Part shown: one piece after another, positions 58,880-64,000 of the stretch | How the letters are laid out: each line of letters opens with the position of its first letter | Position numbering within the stretch: the first letter of the stretch is position 1 | Origin: a bacterium | Lineage (GTDB): Bacteria > UBA8248 | Direction of reading: 5' to 3' | Length of the DNA stretch: 64,000 bases | Assembly (NCBI GenBank): GCA_963692865.2 | Contig: OY843592.1 | Coordinates: 3,328,001 to 3,392,000 of the forward strand | The notes under the pieces: generated by a model | The model's database searches: none | What the model was told of the DNA's origin: nothing | The model's input: only the letters and a program-made list of their open reading frames with translations | Position numbers and translations under genes: made by a program

Positions 58880-60454
58880 ATGTCTCCCGCCCGCCGGTAT
58901 GATCAGGTGAGAAACCAATCGCTTGCTCTTGTAGTTCTCATGCTGGCGTGCGCGAGTTTATACGCCTGCGGGGAAAATCGCTCAACGAAAGGCGACGCCA
59001 TCGTCGTCGGCATCGGAACCAACCCCACGCAACTCGACCCGAGGCTGGCGCAAGACGCCGTCTCCTCCAAGCTGCTGCGCTTCGTCTTCAGCCGCCTGAT
59101 ATCAAAGGACCACGAGGGCCGCACCGTCCTGGAACTCGCCGAGAAGTGGGAGCGGCCCACGCCCCTCGTTCACCGCTTCGAACTCAGGCGCGGGGTACGG
59201 TTCCACAACGGAGAAGCCCTCACCTCATCGGACGTGAAATACACCTTCGACTCCATACGCGACCCCTCGCTCGCCTCCCCCAAAGCGGCGGGACTTAAAG
59301 AGCTCGCGCGCATCGAAACGCCCACGCCGCACAGTGTCGTCTTTCATCTCAAGGAACCTTCCGCCTCGTTCGCGGAATCCCTCATGGTCGGCATACTCCC
59401 CAAAAGCGCGCGCGAAACGGGGAGCCGCTTCGCCCACAAACCCGTCGGCGCCGGTCCGTTTCAGTTCGTGGAATTCACGCCGGACGAGCGAATCACCTTA
59501 AAAGCGTTCGCTGGCCACTTCGCCGGCAAGCCCGCTTATGAGCGCCTCATCTTCCGGATTCTTCCCGAGGAGACCATCCGCGTCCTGGAACTAGAAAGCG
59601 GCGGGGTCGACTTCCTCCAGAACGCTTTCTCGCCCGACGTTTTGCCGCGCCTCATCAAAAACAAGCGGCTCAGGATACGAAAGCGCCTGGGGACGAACTT
59701 CAGCTATATCGGCTTCAACATGAGCGACCCGATTCTCTCCAAACTCGAGGTGCGGCGCGCGATAGCCCACGCCATCGACAGGCGGCCCATCGTGCGCTTC
59801 ATCCACAAGGGTCTCGTCCAGGAGGCGGACAGCCTGCTGCCCCCCGATCACTGGGCGCACCGAAGAGGTCTCCCAAGCTACGCGCACGACCCGGCCCTCG
59901 CAGTGAAACTCCTCGATGCGGCGGGCTATCCCGACCCCGACGGGCCGGGGCCTCGCCCGCGCTTTACGCTCGTCTACAAAACCTCGCAAAACGAGCTTGG
60001 CCGCCGCATCGCCACCGTGTTCGGCCATCAACTCGCCCGCGTGGGAATCAAGATGAAAATCCGCTCCTATGAGTGGGGCACGTTTTTCGGCGACGTCAGA
60101 AACGGGAACTTCCAGCTCTACAGCCTGACGTGGGTCGGCATATCGGACCCCGACATCTACCGCTACATCTTTCACAGCCGCTTCACCCCGCCGGCGGGCC
60201 TCAACCGCGGCCTCTACAAAAACGCGCGCGTGGACGCGCTTCTGGAAGAAGCCCACCAGTCCGATGACCCCGAGATTCGCGCCCGCGCCTACGGCGAGAC
60301 GCAGCGCATCCTGAGCGAGGAGCTCCCCTACATCAACCTGTGGCACAGCGTGAACGTGGCCGTCTTCGACAAGCGCATATCGGGCTATCGGGTATATCCG
60401 GATGCGGATTTCATCTCACTGGCGAAAGCGACTCTTTCACCCCTGGCGGAGTGA
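58880..60454 (+). CDS. Peptide/nickel (family 5) ABC substrate-binding lipoprotein
   Basis: Lipobox LYAC, LDP, LRRGVRFHNG, DVKYTF, VGAGPF, VRRAIAHAIDR; start may be GTG 58907. Confidence 0.9.
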   Translation: MSPARRYDQVRNQSLALVVLMLACASLYACGENRSTKGDAIVVGIGTNPTQLDPRLAQDAVSSKLLRFVFSRLISKDHEGRTVLELAEKWERPTPLVHRFELRRGVRFHNGEALTSSDVKYTFDSIRDPSLASPKAAGLKELARIETPTPHSVVFHLKEPSASFAESLMVGILPKSARETGSRFAHKPVGAGPFQFVEFTPDERITLKAFAGHFAGKPAYERLIFRILPEETIRVLELESGGVDFLQNAFSPDVLPRLIKNKRLRIRKRLGTNFSYIGFNMSDPILSKLEVRRAIAHAIDRRPIVRFIHKGLVQEADSLLPPDHWAHRRGLPSYAHDPALAVKLLDAAGYPDPDGPGPRPRFTLVYKTSQNELGRRIATVFGHQLARVGIKMKIRSYEWGTFFGDVRNGNFQLYSLTWVGISDPDIYRYIFHSRFTPPAGLNRGLYKNARVDALLEEAHQSDDPEIRARAYGETQRILSEELPYINLWHSVNVAVFDKRISGYRVYPDADFISLAKATLSPLAE

Positions 60455-60457
60455 TAG

Positions 60458-61378
60458 ATGCGGAAATTCCTCTTAAGGCGCGTTTTGCTGCTCATCCCCG
60501 TCCTGTGGGGGGTGACGACGCTCGTCTTCATCGTCACGCAGGTGCTGCCGGGCGACCCGGTGGACCTCATGCTGGGCGAGACCGCCCGCCCGGCACAGCG
60601 CGAACAACTGCGCAAGACACTCGGGCTGGACAGGCCCATCGGCGTTCAATACGCCGAATACATGGGCGGGCTCCTGCGGGGAGACCTGGGGAATTCACTC
60701 CACCAGAAACGAGCGGTCTCGGCCATCATCTTCGAGCGCACCTACGCTTCGGCGGAACTCACGCTCGCCTCGATGGCCGTTGCGCTGCTCATCTCGCTTC
60801 CGCTGGGAATCGCCGCGGCGCGAAGACAGGGCACGGCGCTCGACCTGGGGGCGGGCTTTCTCGCCGTGGCGGGGGCGAGCATGCCCGTATTCTGGCTCGG
60901 GCCGCTGCTCATCATCGTCTTCTCCATCGGGCTGGGCTGGCTGCCCGTCTCGGGTCGGGAAGGTAGTTTCAGCCTCGTCCTCCCGGCCGTGACGCTCGGC
61001 GCTGCGCTCTCACCGATATTGATGCGCATGACGCGCTCGAGCCTTCTGGAAGTGCTGCCGCAAGACTACATCGCCGCGGCGCGGGCGAAGGGCATCTCGG
61101 AGAGGCGGGTGCTCTGGCTCCACGCGCTCAAGAACGCGTGCCTGCCGCTCATCACCATCCTCAGCCTCCAGCTCGGCGCCCTGCTCTCCGGCGCGATTAT
61201 CACCGAGACCGTCTTCGCCTGGCCCGGCGTGGGGCGGCTGGTGATCCAGGCCATCGCCGCACGCGACTACCCTCTCGTGCAGGGTTGCGTGCTGTTCATC
61301 GCCGCCGTCTACGTGAGCGCGAACTTTCTGGCCGACGTCGCCTACGCCTGGCTGGACCCGCGCGTGAGGCTCACATGA
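60458..61378 (+). CDS. Peptide/nickel ABC permease, DppB-like
   Basis: PGDP, GLDRP, GDLGNS, ARAKG, ETVFAWPGVG, RDYP, DPRV. Confidence 0.92.
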   Translation: MRKFLLRRVLLLIPVLWGVTTLVFIVTQVLPGDPVDLMLGETARPAQREQLRKTLGLDRPIGVQYAEYMGGLLRGDLGNSLHQKRAVSAIIFERTYASAELTLASMAVALLISLPLGIAAARRQGTALDLGAGFLAVAGASMPVFWLGPLLIIVFSIGLGWLPVSGREGSFSLVLPAVTLGAALSPILMRMTRSSLLEVLPQDYIAAARAKGISERRVLWLHALKNACLPLITILSLQLGALLSGAIITETVFAWPGVGRLVIQAIAARDYPLVQGCVLFIAAVYVSANFLADVAYAWLDPRVRLT

Positions 61379-62184
61379 GGCGCGGCCTGTCCATTTACCT
61401 GGGCGGGGGAATCATCTCCCTTTTGCTCGTCGCCACCCTGGCCGCCCCTCTTCTCTCGCCCCAAAACCCCTACGAGATGGAACTATCCCTGGGGCTGGCG
61501 GCTCCCGAGGCGGCACACCCCTTCGGTCGGGACAAACTCGGCCGCGACATCCTGAGCCGCGTCCTCTACGGGGGGAGGACCTCGCTAATGGTGGGCTTCG
61601 CCGCCGTCTCGATATCCGTACTTCTGGGCGTCGTCATCGGAGGAATCGCGGGCTATCTGGGCGGGGTGTGGGATGAGGCGATCATGCGCGTGACAGACGT
61701 GTTCCTGGCCTTTCCGGGCATATTGCTCGCCATCGCGCTCATGTCGGTGCTCGCGCCGAGTCTTTGGAACATCGTCATTTCGCTGTCGGTCTTTGGATGG
61801 GTGGGCTACGCGCGCCTCACCCGCGCGCAGGTGCTGGCGCTGCGCGAACGCGAATTCGTTACCGCCGCCCGCGCAGCGGGCGCGGCGCCCGGGCGAATCC
61901 TCACCCGCCACCTGCTCACGAACGTCATCTCCCCGGTCATCGTGGAGGCGAGCATCGGCATGGCGGGTGCGATTCTCGCAGAATCGGGGCTCTCGTTCCT
62001 GGGGTTGGGAATACAACCGCCCGATCCGAGTTGGGGGGCGATGCTGGCCGAGGGGCGCGACTTTCTGCTCGTCGCCCCGCATCTGACGATTTATCCGGGA
62101 ATCGCCATTGCCCTCACCGTCATGGGCCTGAACGTCCTGGGCGACGGGTTGAGAGACCTGCTCGACCCGACTCAGAAGAGATAG
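61375..62184 (+). CDS. Peptide/nickel ABC permease, DppC-like
   Basis: HPFGRDKLGRD, EFVTAARAAG, LSFLGLG, PSWG, GDGLRDLLDP. Confidence 0.92.
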   Translation: MRRGLSIYLGGGIISLLLVATLAAPLLSPQNPYEMELSLGLAAPEAAHPFGRDKLGRDILSRVLYGGRTSLMVGFAAVSISVLLGVVIGGIAGYLGGVWDEAIMRVTDVFLAFPGILLAIALMSVLAPSLWNIVISLSVFGWVGYARLTRAQVLALREREFVTAARAAGAAPGRILTRHLLTNVISPVIVEASIGMAGAILAESGLSFLGLGIQPPDPSWGAMLAEGRDFLLVAPHLTIYPGIAIALTVMGLNVLGDGLRDLLDPTQKR

Positions 62185-62639
62185 AGGAAGTACCAGCGCC
62201 GCTTTTTCTTCTTCTCTTTTTTCACGGCGGGGGCGGGAGCCTCTTGCCTGGGCGCGGACCCCGGCCCTTTTTCTCTTTTCAGTTGGGGAACGGGCTTCGG
62301 TTTGGGAATTTTGGCGATGTCGACCAATGCGCCGTGCGGAAAGGTGGTGCTGCGAACCTCCTTTTTGAAAAACGTCTCAGGCTGAACAAGGTGGCAAGCG
62401 AGGCACCGGGTAGCGGCGCGCAGCGGGCTCTTCTCGCCGTAGCGAAGTTGTTGCTTCTCGACGTGCGGGGATTCCTGGAAGCTTGCGTGCAGATGGCAGC
62501 TTTGGCAGTAGGATTTGACGACCACGTTCTCCTCCGCAAGAGGAAGAGAACCGCGCACCGCCCTTTCGATGGGCTTGCGCTGGCAGGCGGAAACGAGCAG
62601 CAAGCAGACCGCCAGCGCCATGAGCCATGAGTTCTTCAT
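62172..62639 (-). CDS. Small di-heme c-type cytochrome lipoprotein, putative
   Basis: Lipobox VSAC; two CxxCH motifs (CQSCH, CLACH). Confidence 0.7.
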   Translation of the reverse strand: MKNSWLMALAVCLLLVSACQRKPIERAVRGSLPLAEENVVVKSYCQSCHLHASFQESPHVEKQQLRYGEKSPLRAATRCLACHLVQPETFFKKEVRSTTFPHGALVDIAKIPKPKPVPQLKREKGPGSAPRQEAPAPAVKKEKKKKRRWYFLYLF

Positions 62640-62737
62640 CCAGCCGCTCCCAGAAATCTACGTCCCCGAAACACCTCATTCCGCTCAGGAGCGCGCAGTA
62701 TACGGACTGCGCCTGTACGCCGCAACGAAGCCGCGCG

Positions 62738-63151
62738 TCAGGCGCTTTCCCTGCGATTCGCCACCGTTTCACGCACATAGGTGACGATGTCCTCCATCGT
62801 CGCGCCCGGGGTGAAAATCTCGTCCACCCCCTTTTCCTTGAGAAAGGGAATGTCCTCATCCGGCACGATGCCGCCCCCGAAGAGCAGGACGTCCTCCATG
62901 CCGTGCCCATCGAGCAGTTCACGGATTCTGGGAAACAGGTGGTTGTGCGCGCCGGATAGAATCGAGAGACCCACGCAGTCGACGTCCTCCTGCATGGCGG
63001 TCGAAGCGATTTGCTCGGGCGTCTGGCGGATGCCCGTGTAGATCACCTCCATGCCGGCGTCCCTGAGAGCGCGCGCGACCACCTTGGCCCCCCTGTCATG
63101 GCCGTCGAGGCCGGGCTTGCCCACCAGCACCCGTATTTTTCTCTCGCTCAT
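62738..63151 (-). CDS. Stand-alone cobalamin-binding subunit of an acyl-CoA mutase
   Basis: [31 protein letters not shown]. Confidence 0.93.
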   Translation of the reverse strand: MSERKIRVLVGKPGLDGHDRGAKVVARALRDAGMEVIYTGIRQTPEQIASTAMQEDVDCVGLSILSGAHNHLFPRIRELLDGHGMEDVLLFGGGIVPDEDIPFLKEKGVDEIFTPGATMEDIVTYVRETVANRRESA

Positions 63152-63325
63152 CCGCCGCCTCCACGCTTGATGCAATCCGGAAGGTTACAACCCCGATTAT
63201 CCTGTAAAGAAAGCCGCGTTTCAAACGAACTCCGGGGGCGTATCGACTTTTCCCAAAAGTTTGCGTAACCTCGAAACAACCAGACAAGAGCGTTTCCGAA
63301 TCACGTCGCCCCACAGGATTTTCAC

Positions 63326-64000
63326 ATGACGCCCACGCGGGAAATCTACTGGAACATCGTCTTCGGCCCCTTGATCTACCTGCTCGCCGCGGCGGCCATC
63401 GGCGTGATGTCCTACGGCATCTACCAGCGCGTGCGCCTTTGGCGGCTGGGCGGAGGGGAACTCAGAACCGATAATCCGGCGAAGCGCCTCTGGGGCGTGG
63501 TGGACGAGTTGGTGCTCCACCGCCGGATGCTGCGGGACACCTACCCGGGCCTCATGCACCTGTTCATCTTCTATGGCTTTTTCGTCGAACTCATCGCCAC
63601 CTCGATGATAGCCGTCCAGGAATGGACGGGAATCCACTACTTGAAGGGAAACCTCTACCTGGGCTACTCGCTGCTGAGCGACGGCTTCGGGCTTTTGGGG
63701 ATCGTCGGCATCGTGATGGCTCTCTGGCGGCGTCTGGTGATGAAGCCCGAGCGCATGAACTCGGTGCTCGACGACTATCTGGCGCTCTGGCTGCTCCTGC
63801 TCGTCTTCGTCCAGGGCTTCGTCGTGGAGGGGCTGCGCATCGCGGCGACGGAATTACGGGACAACCCGGCCCTGGCCCCCTGGTCGCCCGGCGGCTACGC
63901 GGTCGCCCTGACCCTCCAGGGGCTGAGCGTCGAAACGCTCCGGTTCCTCCACCGCATCAACTGGTGGTTCCACGCCGTCACCGCATTCGTCCTGCTCGGC
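63326..64000 (+). CDS. Membrane Fe-S oxidoreductase (FadF/HdrF-like, NarI-like N-terminus), runs off the window edge
   Basis: Not in the ORF track. Manual translation: MTPTREIYWNI...GLMHLFIFYGF...LWRRLVMKPER...GFVVEGLRIA...WSPGG...NWWFH. Confidence 0.8.
   Translation, partial: MTPTREIYWNIVFGPLIYLLAAAAIGVMSYGIYQRVRLWRLGGGELRTDNPAKRLWGVVDELVLHRRMLRDTYPGLMHLFIFYGFFVELIATSMIAVQEWTGIHYLKGNLYLGYSLLSDGFGLLGIVGIVMALWRRLVMKPERMNSVLDDYLALWLLLLVFVQGFVVEGLRIAATELRDNPALAPWSPGGYAVALTLQGLSVETLRFLHRINWWFHAVTAFVLLG

Overview
GC-rich bacterial chromosomal window, densely coding, with no integrase, transposase, phage gene or CRISPR array seen. The left half (1-33.5 kb) is an accessory catabolic region. It holds three luciferase-like (LLM) oxidoreductases, a PPOX-class protein, cupins, a Rieske ferredoxin, an amidohydrolase-fold enzyme, an enolase-superfamily enzyme, three amidase-signature enzymes, a DMSO-reductase-family molybdoenzyme coupled to a triple-Rid protein, AcuI and a dialkylglycine-decarboxylase-like aminotransferase. 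The right half is mostly housekeeping: tRNA-fMet, ftsB, hemL, mtnP, asd, leuBDC, trpABF, a Liv-type ABC transporter with four tandem binding proteins, moaDE, recJ, dacB and a Dpp-like transporter. The main result is two genes that the ORF track splits at an in-frame TGA lying exactly on a redox-cysteine position, each followed by a SECIS-like hairpin. One is an AhpD/CMD-like protein with CxxU (471-1070) inside the LLM/PPOX/lactonase gene run. The other is an exported peroxiredoxin-like protein with UxxC (58194-58751). Both are very probably selenoproteins. Also notable are an Arg-less single-chain triple-Rid protein, a MoaD ending in GGCA, and two MITE-like shells with nested palindromes. All function calls come from motif recognition by eye; no database search was run and taxonomy cannot be fixed from this window.
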